Shown here: piece by piece, positions 1-11,878 of the stretch
Layout of the letters: each line of letters opens with the position of its first letter
How positions within the stretch are numbered: the first letter of the stretch is position 1
Source: Diplonema japonicum
Lineage: Eukaryota > Protista > Euglenozoa: Diplonemea
Reading direction: 5' to 3'
NCBI GenBank assembly: GCA_964019335.1
Contig: OZ025715.1
Span: 431,621-495,620 of the forward strand
Length of the DNA stretch: 64,000 nt
The notes under the pieces: generated by a model
Seen by the model: only the letters and a program-made list of their open reading frames with translations
Told to the model about the DNA's origin: nothing
Database searches by the model: none
Program-made: the position numbers and the translations under genes

Positions 1-2194
1 CGTGGCCTGAGAGGAACACAGCACCTTCCCTCAACGCCATCTCCCTGTTACATGCTGCGCTGTCATGTCTCACGTCATACAGGAACCCTGGTATGAAGAA
101 AGGCTTCCGCAGCGTGCCTGACTTTGTGGAGAAACGCAAGAAGGTGATTGATGACTTCGAACACGACGTGCGACTGTGGCCTTATTTGTTGGACGTCACC
201 GCTGCTGTGGAGGCATGCGGCAATGTCTCCTTTCTGTGGTTCAGAGAAGGGCGGCTACCCACGGAGTCAGCCACGTCTCTACCTTGCTTGCTGGTGGAGT
301 CATGCATCAAGGGGGTACTGAAAACAAGCGAGACATTATTCATTCCGTTCCACATATACGATGACGCCTTGAACATGACACTGCGGCAATGGCGGTGCAA
401 GCTGATGGTGCTCGAAGTGGAGGCAGAGGTTGAACAGCTGCTGGAAAAGGTAGTTTGCGATGTGGCACGAAAGGTGTTTGGCGCGTGGAAGGGGGAGTGT
501 GCTGCCGAGATGCTTGGCAAACAGTGCTTCGTGCAGGTAGGCAAAAAAGGAAAAGATGAAAACACCTGTTCTGTCGTCAAGCAGAAATGGTGCCAGCAGC
601 AGGAACACCTTGTTGCCCTGCTGCAAGAATCAAATGGGCGCTACATCATGGGTAGGTACGTTGATTACCACGGCCTGCTTAGCACTGAAGTCAATAAGCT
701 GTTCCACCAGAACATTGCAGCGATAGTACAGAAGTTGCCTGGGGTGAGGGTAACAGAGGTGCGCTATGTGGAGATGCTGCTGAAGGTTCTAAAACGGATG
801 CACAAAGAACTGAGAGGCTGCGGGTTGCGCTTAAGGAGCTGGAAGTCTTTAATGGCAGAAAACATGCAACATGAACAGCTCGACAAGTGGCTGCTCACAG
901 GGCTGTTCGACGATGTGCTGCACAAAGCGTCTTACAACATGGCGTCGCGCAAGTTCCAGTTGGCCGCAGCAGATGCCAGCGACGCTTTAGCGTTGGAACC
1001 GATATGGCTCTTCGGAGATGTTGAACAGACGCAGCTCTATGAATCGCACTACGCCGCTCACGCTGAGTACTTAGGGAGGGAACACACCGATGCCATTGTC
1101 GGGGTCGGGATTTCTATCCACGCTGTCATGGAGGCGGCTGTAGCGAGGGTGAACGCAGAAATGCAGACCCTGCAAGCTCTGCTCAATGACGAAGGAGACG
1201 CGGACAGCGAACCACCGTTGGAAAAGTACTCTACTGCAGAAATTGTAGACAAGCACAGCAGTGCGTGGGCGGAGCTCGACAGCACAAAGAAGGACGAGGC
1301 AATGCGGTGCCTGTCATACATCGGAAACATCGCGTGCTTCGTACAACTGCTGGATGAAGCTGTGGAGTACACGTCTATCTTGAAGTTGGTGAACGACGAG
1401 TGGCAGCTAGGCATAAGGTTAAATAATGAGAATGCCAAGGATGAGGATGACACATCTGCAACGCCAGTGGGCCATGAGGTGGCCATCATGTCCGACAGCA
1501 TGGGGAAGATAGACTCCAAGCTGTGCGTGGTCCGCCCCCGTCCCTCAAGCGACGACAAATTGGAGTGTTCGCCCCTTCCAACGGCAGACGTGGAGCCTCC
1601 GTCTTTTAACACGATATCGTCGCTGTTGAGGCTCTTCCTGCTGAGTGTGACTCCTTTTGATGCAGGTGGTCGGTTTGAGGCATTGTATTTATTGATACAT
1701 TTCGGAACATGTTTGGCAAATCCCACGCCACCTGACAACCTCACATGGGGCGGTGTGACTGTGCTTGTACTTCTGTCTCGGTGGAAATCATTTTCAAACC
1801 AAAACTTGGTGGGCGCCTCCTTGGAGGTGTTTAAGTACTTCGACCCTTGTGGGGATATTTTATGCAAAGACAAAGACAAGGACAAAGACAAAGACACCCG
1901 TAAGCAGAAGAAGAACCTGTGCGAGCAAGGAAGCTCTCGTATCGCACAGTTCGTTAACACTGCAGTAATAATGGAACGAAAGCGGACTACAGCAGAGAAG
2001 GTATGCCCCCTCCACCCACACACCTCATGCAGGCATTGCTTGCTGTCTTGCCAGCGCAGTCCGAGCCCGTCGCAGAGGCAGCCGAGGAGATAACCCCTCC
2101 TGACGAGCTTCCCTCCTCTTCTTTTACACAAATGGCCTTCAGCACTGTGCCTCAAGAGCAGCTCCCTGTGTTCTCAGGTGACGAGAGCGACTGA
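1..2194 (+). CDS. CYFIP/Sra1/PIR121-like protein (WAVE complex subunit), 5' partial, divergent
   Basis: Frame is open from position 3. Segments NVSFLWFRE, SLPCLLVE, PFHIYDDA, EVEAEVEQ and GRYVDYHGLL parallel CYFIP DLSQLWFRE, SMPWILTD, LDLYNDSA, EIEAEVNL and GRSIDLNRLI. A 32-nt intron 2001-2032 joins the last exon, ending TGA 2194. Confidence 0.75.
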
Positions 2195-2346
2195 AGTGGG
2201 CTTATATTACACCTTGATGTAACTAGTGTTTCTTTAACTCTTACCATATAATTTTCTCTTTTTTCTTTTGCGATGTCTTCGATAACACGGCATGTTTACA
2301 CTTTTTGAAAGTACCGCGTGTTTTACAACCAAGCCAACAGGACACC

Positions 2347-4481
2347 ATGCTGAAGCAGTGTGTTGTGAAGCTGAAAGAAATTAAATGGCAATACATCAAA
2401 AGCAGGGCGTGGCCGAAACTTGTGGTATGCCATTGGAAAACAAACACCTACACAGCCAGAAACACAATGCCGTACCTGCGGTGATCCCTGCAAGAGATTT
2501 GATCAATGAAGGCGTCTACCCATTGGCAGTGCAGAAGGCGATGAAGAAGCTGAGTGGGCCTGTAGACCTGGTCCCATACGTTGTTGCAAAGGAGCTGCTT
2601 ACGAACAAGTTTCCGCGGCGTGGTCGGTGGCGGTACATGGAGATGGACAGAGTGTTGGTGAAGAATACCGGGTTGAAAGGAACAGAGGGTGGTGAGCTTC
2701 GCACACCGATTGCAGTGCTGCTCGGCCATGTGGACCACGGGAAGACGACTCTGCTAGATGTGTTAGCCGAGACGGCCATGACTGCAGCCGAGCCGGGAGA
2801 CATCACGCAGACAGCACGGGCGTACAACATCAACCGAGGTGGGCACCGCCTTACTGTCATCGACACCCCGGGGCACAAGATGTTTAAGTCAATGCGGAGA
2901 AGCAGTTCGTTCATTTGCGATGTAGTGGTGCTTGTGGTGGACCTCACGGAGGGAGTCAAACGGCAAACTAAAGAATCCATCAAGCTAGCATTTTCCTTTG
3001 AGAGGCCGATCGTCGTAGCGATGACCAAGCTCGACCTTGTCCCGCCTGAGAACCTTGTGTCAGTTGTGAGGGACGTTGCGCAGCAGCTTCGCAACCACGC
3101 CGTCCCGGTGACAGTCAGGACACCCAACAACATGGACAAACCTCTTAAGGACGGCACGCTGTACTCCGCAGTCCCGATCTCCGCGACGCTTGGCATGCAG
3201 GTCGACCTCCTCTACAACGTCATCATGCGGGATACCAAGCCCGCTACTGCACGCATTACAGGTGTCCCTTGCAAAGCGTACATTTTAGAGTCGCGCCACA
3301 ACCTCGACGCGCGGAATGATACTGATGTCATGCGGAAGGGTTCTGTTGCACAGAACGAAACAGCGTCGGACCTACAGAAAGGTCGGAACCCAACGCAGCC
3401 CAGTGATGCATACAATGCCGCCTTTGCTCCTCTGCACACACGGAGCGAGCTTTACTCCGACAATCCTGAAAAGAGATTCGCAAACATAATTGACACAGAT
3501 GCCTCCCGCAAGGATAACGATGCTGGCCTGTGGTCGTTGTCGTGCATATGCTACGAGGGTGTCTTCACCAAGAAACACCCGGCAGCTTGGCTAGCGGGTT
3601 TTGGTTCTTACGGGGAAACTACACAGCTGCTGAACGAGTGGGGCATGCCCATCGAGCAAGCGGTGCCAGGGCAGGCCTTTCAGCTGAGGGGGTTGCAGGG
3701 TCAGAACAGACCAGACCCCCATTCACACGTGGTTGGAATCGAGTCGGCTACAGCAGCATTGGAGACCTTGCAGCACAGAGAGCTGGTGATGGAGTACTTG
3801 CGGGGCGGCGGGGACCCAGCCCTGCTAACGCCTGAAGGCACAGCGGACGCGTATTATTGGATACAGAACAGGCTGCTGGATGGAGAGCGCGAGGAGGAGG
3901 TGATGGACGTTAATGACGTAGAGAGGTTGGGGCTGCTGTGTGACGAATGGGGTCGGACAGGCAAGTGCCATGATAGTGAGTGCAGGAAAGAGCATCCAAA
4001 GAACATTGCCACGGAACCCCCCATCAAGACGGGTGTGGTGCTCGTTACGGATAGTAAAGGGTCGATGGAGGTGGTCCAAGCAATAGCTAAGAAGATGTCA
4101 AACAAAAGCGTACAATTTGATGTGCTACGGACGATGGTGGGCTCGGTAAACATGGGGCTCATTAACGAGGTAGCATCAGCTGGTGATTTTGTGGTGCCTG
4201 TGCTGTGCTACCGCATCAATCTCCCCCTGCATGTCATCCCCATCACTGTGACGCAGAAGGTTGACACATATGAAGTGCATCACTTCCAAGATGTCGCAAG
4301 GGTCCTACACCAGATGAGCACAGAGCGCTACAGCACATGGGCAGCGGCACAGCTCAGAAGGTGGAAACGCTTTTCCATTACCAAGAAACTCACCCCCCCT
4401 GCTTTCGACAAGAGTCTCAGAGATTTGCTGACAGAAGAAGACACACCTAAGCTCCACGATGTCTACGGTGATAGTGAATAG
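2347..4481 (+). CDS. Mitochondrial translation initiation factor IF2-like GTPase
   Basis: G1 GHVDHGKTT, effector EPGDITQ, G3 DTPGH, G4 TKLD, and IF2 domain III-like VLVTDSKGSME. Predicted ATG 2347 with intron 2425-2459 splicing in frame into ORF 2385-4481. Confidence 0.85.
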
Positions 4482-4558
4482 CCTGCTGGCAGTTACTTGT
4501 CGTTTATTTCAACATTTAAAGAACATTATAACTTTGATTCCACAGGATATATGGAACG

Positions 4559-7500
4559 ATGGCGAAGGGAGCTACACAAGGGACGCTAGCGCAGCTGACT
4601 GCAGAATTGTGGAAGCGAACATCAAAGTTTGATGGCTTGCTGGAAGAGATAGACAGAAGACATGAGGTAAATAGAGAAGGAGGGCTCACTGAATGGGTAT
4701 CTAGGAATTTATTGCTAACACTGAGATGGTTGGGAAGCAGTGCAGAAGCAGGCAGCCATTTTCACCCAGCTTCCGTATGGTTAGGCAGTGAGGACTCCAC
4801 ACCCCCGCCTGCTGGGGTTGCAGAGGCGCTTAGCGAGTTGCCTACACTCGTAGGCCGACTTGTCGATGCCCTGCGTCCTATATTTTTGCAGGAGCATAAC
4901 AATTACTATTCCGGCAGGCGCCCCTCTGACTTAGCAAACAAGCTGCTCTCTTCTGTCTCCAACTTCAATAGAAACAAGGCTACCTTAGACCTTGTCATTT
5001 ACCAAGTGGTCCAGGCCACTTGCCACCTCCGAACCTACCACCTTCAGAGACTGAGTCAAGCCCTGCCCACCTACCTAAACCATCCCTCTGGCACTAGCTC
5101 CCTTGACTTGGGAACAGAACCTGGTGCACAGCTCCTCCTCCACTTACCGGTGTGTACTGGCTGGGACAAAGCACCCGCGGCATCGGGTAAGCTACAACGC
5201 CTTGAGATCCCATGCAGGGCCAAGCTAGAAGAGATGAAGGGCATTTCTGGAGAGAGTGATCTGAAACTCTGTATGTTCGCTCAGGTGGGCTGCGGTGAGG
5301 TTATCGACAGTGACGAGGAAGGCCAATGGGAGGGGTACACCGTGCGGGTCAATGTGTCTGTTTCGGAGAGAGCGCAGATATCCTACCAAGGGTTGCAGCT
5401 CACGATATCGTCAATGTCCCCTGGCTGCGAGATAAAGGGTATCAGGACCACACTGGACAACTACGAGAGTGAAGAGTGGCGCGAATCGAACGACGTTATG
5501 ATCACACTGCCAACCATCGACCCTGGGCACCAGCACGATCTGCTTGTGCTAGGGAGTGTCAGGAGCGTCGGGCTTGTGGAGCTGGTGTTGCATGTTGGTG
5601 CTGCACCATGGACACGTGAAGACCACCGAAGGTTAAGGCTGTCCCTGGCCACTGCGTCGGGAGTAGAGCTTGACCAGCTGCGGTTTGCTGAAGTAGGCGA
5701 TGTCGACGAAGACGGGTGTGCAGGTGTGCTGTGTGCGTTCCCCGACCATAGCCATCCACGAACTGCGCAGTCCACGCTGCTGAACGTGTTGTCAGACTGT
5801 TCATCCCCCGGAGACAGGGGGCTGCCGTATGCTGTTAAGTACTTTGGAGCAGCACAGCCCACCACTCCCGACATAGGCGCACAGCTCAAATTCCGCTTTC
5901 AGCACCTCAACCAGTCGGGCGACATGACTCCCCCAAAGGCGCGAGGAAGGGCAGTGGCCTTTAGTACCACAAAGGACGTGGGCGACACTTTGTCTGAAGG
6001 TGTTTGCCTTGCTGAGAGATGGGGACAGCATTCAGCAAGGGTTCGAGAGGAGGTTTTTAGGCAGAACTTGTGCACGGTGCTTGACAGAGTGAACACAGCG
6101 AACGACGAGGGGAACTCGAAATGGCAGAGTGAGCTAGTAAAGACACTCACATCGCCTCTGTATGACCATCCCCTGAGCGAACTTCGACGTACACAATTAG
6201 TTAAGGAGTTGCTGTGGATAGCACTTGGAGGTGTCGTGGATAGCATGGACCCGAACGAAAGGACTGTTATTATCAATTCTCTGCGGTTACAGCAACACGT
6301 AGCTAACAACGCACCGGTTAACCCTGCAAAAGAAGCAAGACACACCCTGTTCCAATCGCACACTTCCGAAGTGATTCAAGGTCTGCACCAGGCAAGTGTC
6401 GTTGTCAACGATGAGGTATGAGCATCCACAAGTTGCCGCACCTTTCATACACAGCTGCAGCGCATGAACAGATTCTTGGAGATCGCAAAGATGGACCTCC
6501 CCTTAAAGGAATTGCACGTAGAAGAGGTATGCTGAACACAGAACATTGCAATGCCTACAGGATGCCGATAGGAGCCACGTGGCTAACAGCGAGTACGAAG
6601 AGCGGATAGCCATCCTCAGGGGCAGGCGACTAACAGCGACACCAGGCAAGAACTCGACAGGACGCAAAAGCACTAAAAAGGAGAAGGCAACGGATTACCA
6701 AATACACTCCCCCATACGCACCACAAAGAGCCCCGTGTCGAAGAAAAGGGCCCCGTCTAAAAAGGTCACGAAGGGAGAGAAGGAAACCCCGACAAAGAAA
6801 AAAAAGTCTACCAAGGAAAAAGATACGGGGCGTGTGCCCATCTGGCAAAGGACGTATCCTGCGTACCACAGTCAACACACGAGGAGCTCGTCTCAGGCTT
6901 CAACAGGTAGCAGAGGGAAGAGTTCGCGCAGTATGACGCCGGAGAGCAGGATGCAGACTGGCATGACGAGGACCGGCAGCACAACGAGGACCAGGAGCAA
7001 GCAGCGAAAAGACGATCGGGACTTGCGCATGAACGCATTGTGTAGCGTGCGGTCGCAACTAAGGCGGCCGACACCAACACGTAAGAAGACCAAGTCTTTG
7101 TCGCCGCCACCAACATCGATGGGCTCGCGGTCACGGTCGAGGTCGAGGTCTGTGGAACGTGACCTATCTGCCGATGTGCTGCGGTCACCTGTGAACTCCT
7201 TTTCATCGTCCAAGAGGAGCTCCAGGTGGGGCGGCATCGACGCGGCGTCCAAAAGCAGCTACATAAATTCGGGAAGAGTTGCAAGGTCGGGGAGCAAGGT
7301 CAACTTCTCGATGAACCAGCCGCCCTCGCCTTTCGGAAAAACGCAGAGGGCAAAGAAGCAGCTGCAGAGAAAAACAGAAGACGTGGTCGGGCCGTGGCTG
7401 GACAATAAGAACGAAGCGATGGCGACGCCCCCCACGATGCCGTTGGTGTCCCCGAGGAGGTCTTCGAGGTCCCCAGTGCGGTTCCACTCGGTGCGACAGT

Positions 7501-8098
7501 TTCCGTACGCCCTTAGAGAGAGGGTGTGCGTGAAGTGTGGGATATCCAATGTAAAGGAAATATTCACCAGCGTGGGGCTTGAGTGGAGGGACAACAGGGA
7601 GAGGTACGTCGGCTGTCCGGGTGAGGTGACGGGCATCAACTACACGGAGATGAGCATCGAGATCACGTTCGACCCCGCAGCCGTGCCCACCCACAACACC
7701 AGGGACAAGGCCATGGTGTGGCCTATACAGGCTGTGGAGGCAGAGGCAACGTCTCCGGTATGGCTGCAAGTGTGTTGTATTATTTTCTTTGCACAGGTGC
7801 CTTCCCGTGTGTCGCCGCCAAGGATGTTGTTTGCTTCGCCCAACTCACCCGTGTCTCCTCAAGGAAGGCACAGCACCCCTCGAAAGAGGCACACCTCTCC
7901 ACATGGGAAGCATAGCCTTGCAGTATCTGACTCACCTCCGTCCATGAACCGACGAGGGAAGCAAGGCGGGGGACAGGTGTGAAAAGAATTATAAAAAAAG
8001 ATATTTCACAGGTAAAGCGCGCAGCTCGTCTTGCCAGTCTTTTCTCATCCCCTGCAGCCGCTATCGTTGCAGCCATAGCGGCAGCTGCATCTTCGTAA
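4559..8098 (+). CDS. Unknown multi-exon protein with Ser/Arg/Lys-rich region and Mind-bomb-type SH3-like repeat
   Basis: ORFs 4559-6421 and 6546-7982 are joined in frame by introns 6416-6454 and about 6527-6560. Further introns near 7758-7796 and 7977-8011; stop 8098. RERVCVK...WRDNRERYVGCPGEVTGI...WPIQAV resembles the Mib SH3 repeat. Confidence 0.6.
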
Positions 8099-8548
8099 AG
8101 CTCCTGCTGTCGAGAACGGAACGAACGGTCGGTGTATTGTAATTGGGTTTTTAAAAGAGGGGAAAAGACCTAACTCTTTTTCCTTTAGTTCCCATTCTCC
8201 CCCTTTTTTTTGTTAACCGTGGAGTGTAAGGCTAAACCCCTTTTCCTGCCTAACAAATGAATATTTGTGTTTCTTTCTACGCTTTCTGTTAATAAGGGTA
8301 TTGTACAGGAAGTTCATCCGCCTCCATTCATATTTTTCTTTTGAGGCGTGTAGGACCTTTTCTTAACGCTGAAACATTTTTTTTAAAAAAGAATATAAAA
8401 ATAAAAAAAGAAGAATTAAAGAATAAGAAAAAATAAAAAGAGGAACATGTTCAGTTTCTTCCCCCCCCCCCCCCCCCCCGAGTTTTTTTTTACGTGCTTA
8501 CCATCAGATGGTTTAGTGTCACAGGGTGGTGGAGGACAATTAAAAAAA

Positions 8549-9583
8549 ATGGGTAATAAGCCAGAATCGTCGAAGGAATACAAAAAACGCAGCAAATCTG
8601 AGTTTTGGTGTTTGATGCTTAGAATCAATGAAGCAAGGACACTGCAAGAAATCGACAAGATCATTGCGCAAGAGATTGAAACGCTGAAAGGCAAGCGCTT
8701 CTCTAATCTGAACGAGAAGCAGATGAGAGAGTACGCCGTGAGGCTGCTGTACTGCGAGATGCTCGGGTCTGGAACCAGCGTTGAGTTTGGCTACCGACAT
8801 TGCGCGACTTTAACGGGCTACCCTGATGCACTGCTGCACACAAAGCGAACGGGCTACATTGCCATGCAGAATATGGTTTCACCAGAAAACAACCTGCTCT
8901 GTTTAGCTTCTACCTCCATGCACCGCGACTTGCGGTCACGTGTTGATGAAGACGTTTGCTGTGCTCTAAGCGCTATGGTGAAACTGCACCAGCCTGAGTT
9001 CCTACAGAACTACATCGATGAAGTCGAGACGTGCATCACATTGCACGACTCAGACAGGGTACGTCATAAAGCCTTCATCGCCTTACACGCTTTTTGGAAG
9101 AGAACCCCGAGTGCAGTCCCACGACTACCCGAACACTGTTTGGAGAATCTGCATTATAGTCGCATGAGGGGTTCTATCTTGGACTGTCTGATGGATTTAG
9201 TCCGCTTCAACGCGTTGGTCGACTGGGATAGCTTGTTGCCGTCGTTGCTCAGAATTCTTCAGCAGTTAATGGGGGACCTGAACACCTTTTGGCAAATTGA
9301 CGATATGTTCGTGAATATAAAGCTGTTACGGCTCCTCGGCATGCTTTGCCATGGTAACCTTGACCGATCACGGATGCTACACGAACTCCTAGAGGCCATT
9401 TGGTATGAGTCTGTGGATAACAAGTGGAGGGCCGTCGAGTGTGAGCTTGTCAACACCATCATGCAAACCTCTCCAACTAGTGAGCTCAGCACTATTGCTA
9501 AAAAGCTCATTCGTAAGTTCCTCACGTATGATAATCCTAACCTGGTCCACCTCGGCAACACCCTGGCAAGGAAGTATCTGTGA
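8549..9583 (+). CDS. Highly diverged, C-terminally truncated AP-4 epsilon adaptin paralog (N-terminal trunk only)
   Basis: KQMREYAVRLLYCEMLG, KRTGYIA, IKLLRLLGMLCH and DNPNLVHLG align with the gene at 11879. Intronless intact ORF of about 345 aa. Confidence 0.75.
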   Translation: MGNKPESSKEYKKRSKSEFWCLMLRINEARTLQEIDKIIAQEIETLKGKRFSNLNEKQMREYAVRLLYCEMLGSGTSVEFGYRHCATLTGYPDALLHTKRTGYIAMQNMVSPENNLLCLASTSMHRDLRSRVDEDVCCALSAMVKLHQPEFLQNYIDEVETCITLHDSDRVRHKAFIALHAFWKRTPSAVPRLPEHCLENLHYSRMRGSILDCLMDLVRFNALVDWDSLLPSLLRILQQLMGDLNTFWQIDDMFVNIKLLRLLGMLCHGNLDRSRMLHELLEAIWYESVDNKWRAVECELVNTIMQTSPTSELSTIAKKLIRKFLTYDNPNLVHLGNTLARKYL

Positions 9584-9817
9584 GGCTGGTGCTAATGCAA
9601 GGAACCCTTTCTCCCATCCCATCGTGTCCTACTAGAAACAGGGACGAGGCACACACAGGTTGGAAGCTCACTCCAATTTATGGTACACTTGGAGCCCACT
9701 GTGGTGGTCGTACTGAGAGCCGTTGACTTGTGTCACCTTGACATTAACGGGTTGAGTTTTTTATTGCGCTCGGCTCTCTTTTCCCCCCAGCAGTTGACAT
9801 ATCAGGCAACCCGTCCC

Positions 9818-10897
9818 ATGGAGAAAATCGATACTTATAAAACGAAAAGGGGGCTGTTTGGTAGGACAAAAACTGGAAAGGACCTGAGGTCGAAGCAGTT
9901 CTTCGACCTCATCAGGTCCCTATGGGAGGCGAGGCTGAAGCAGGAAGTGGACAAAATCATTGCGCAGGAAATCGCTGTGCTGAAGAGCAAGATGGGCGAG
10001 AAGGACGTCGACAAGAAGCAGATGAAGGAATACGTCGTGAGGCTGCTGTACTGCGAGATGCTCGGTTTCAACACCGAATTTGGTTACATATTTTGCGTAA
10101 ACTTAATCGCCTCTTCCGATCTACTGCAAAAGCGGACAGGGTATCTGGCTGTTCAGCTTACAATATCACCTGACTGTGACTTGCTGTACTTGATCGTGTC
10201 AGCCATTCAGAAGGATCTGAAGTCCACTAATTCTCTTGACGTGTGCTGCGCACTGAACGCCGCCACGAAACTCATCAACGCAGAGCTGATGCCGTGTCTC
10301 ATCCAAGACGTCCAGAACTGCCTCAAGCACCAGTCTGCACTGGTGAGGAAAAAGGCAATCGTTTGCATCCACGCCTTCTGGAGAAAGGATGAAATGGGCA
10401 TCGGCGATAACAAACAATACCAGCAGGTCCTCTGCGACAAGGACCCTGCTGTTATGGCATGCACCTTGAGCTTCCTTCAGGACCTCTGCTGCCTCAACCC
10501 CGAGGAGAACAAGCACCTTGTGTCCTCTTTTGCCTGCATCCTGCGCCTCGTCGTCTGCGAACACCGTCTAGAGACATACGACTACCACGGAGTACCCGCC
10601 CCATGGATTCAGATCAAGCTGCTGAAGCTCTTAGCCATCCTCTGCCACCAGGATGTTGAGAGGTCGACGCAAGTGTATATTCTGCTTGGTCAAGTGATGA
10701 AGCGGGCGAACGTAGATTATGCCATCGGCCACGCTGTCATCTTCGAGTGTGTGAAGACCATCACATGTCTTGTGCCCTCACCTGAGCTCATCGAGTCTGC
10801 AACCGATGCCATCTCCAAGTTCCTATCCTCGCCAAACCCTAACCTCAAGTACCTCGGCATCACATTACTGTTGCGCTTTGAAAGATGGCAACTGTAA
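9818..10897 (+). CDS. Recent truncated duplicate of the AP-4 epsilon N-terminal trunk (gene or young pseudogene)
   Basis: Near-identical DNA to about 11900-12895. Homology ends at about 10865, after NPNLKYLGIT. Confidence 0.75.
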   Translation: MEKIDTYKTKRGLFGRTKTGKDLRSKQFFDLIRSLWEARLKQEVDKIIAQEIAVLKSKMGEKDVDKKQMKEYVVRLLYCEMLGFNTEFGYIFCVNLIASSDLLQKRTGYLAVQLTISPDCDLLYLIVSAIQKDLKSTNSLDVCCALNAATKLINAELMPCLIQDVQNCLKHQSALVRKKAIVCIHAFWRKDEMGIGDNKQYQQVLCDKDPAVMACTLSFLQDLCCLNPEENKHLVSSFACILRLVVCEHRLETYDYHGVPAPWIQIKLLKLLAILCHQDVERSTQVYILLGQVMKRANVDYAIGHAVIFECVKTITCLVPSPELIESATDAISKFLSSPNPNLKYLGITLLLRFERWQL

Positions 10898-11265
10898 AAC
10901 CCCCGGACGGAAAAATGTCCGGGTTTTTTTGGTGTCCGGGAATTTTTCCGTCCGACATTATTCGTTTTACAGTATTTATATACTCTTCTGAGATTGAAGA
11001 AAGTTAAAGATCCTGTGGGTGCTGTTTTTCGTTGGTGCATTGAAAGTGGGGGAAAAGAAATTCAAACTGCCACGCAAGGTAAACATTTTGGCTCTGCATA
11101 CGAGTTTGCACAAGGAATAAAGCCCTTCCAGGCAAACGTGATGATATGGAAAAAAAAGCAGGAGCTGCTACCCCCATATGTAAAAAGTTTCTTTCCCAGA
11201 AAAACTCCCGGACGGGAAAGTGTCCTGTTTTTTTCTTTCGGGAAAATTTCCGTCCGACATTATTT
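10897..11265. repeat. Two direct copies (about 10897-10960 and 11201-11265) of a ~65-bp unit with an internal inverted repeat
   Basis: cggacggaaaaat...atttttccgtccgacattatt and cggacgggaaag...aatttccgtccgacattatt. Confidence 0.8.
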
Positions 11266-11878
11266 TTATTAATAAATTTTTTTTTGGTGTGAGGATACGC
11301 CTCACTAGGGGGTATAAAACTCTGAGTGCGCCCGATACAGAGAACCCATGTCTCATCTCATATGTTTTAACCCCGCCTTATTATGGGTACAAAGAAAAGT
11401 TGGGCCTCTTGCTCAAGGGGGATGTTAAGGAGGGACAAGAAAGAAAGAGTGTTGCAAGTGTCAGGTTAGTGCAGTTTAATTACGTCGTCTATTCTAGCAA
11501 TAGACCTTCTAGCAAAGTAGCACTTGAGGTTGGCTTGTGTTGAACTTGCTGGTGGCAGTCAAAAGTGCTGCCTTGTGGGGTACTTTCAGCTCCACCCTTT
11601 CCTGTGAATCAAGGCTACAGGTCAGCTTCCCCTTTCTCTGCCCCGGTGCAGCCCACACCTGATGAGGAGTGGGCTTGCACATTCCTCAAAGTGGCACTGT
11701 TTCTATGTATGCGAATGATTTTTTTTTTCTCTGCTTTCTATTTCTTTCTCGTTATTACTCGGTTTGTCTTTTTTCCCCCCAGCGTCGATTTCCCCAGCAA
11801 TTGACAATACATATCAGGTAGGGGCGAGGCAAACCACCCCCATTTCCCCCGAGGGAACACCGAAACTTATAAAAAGAA

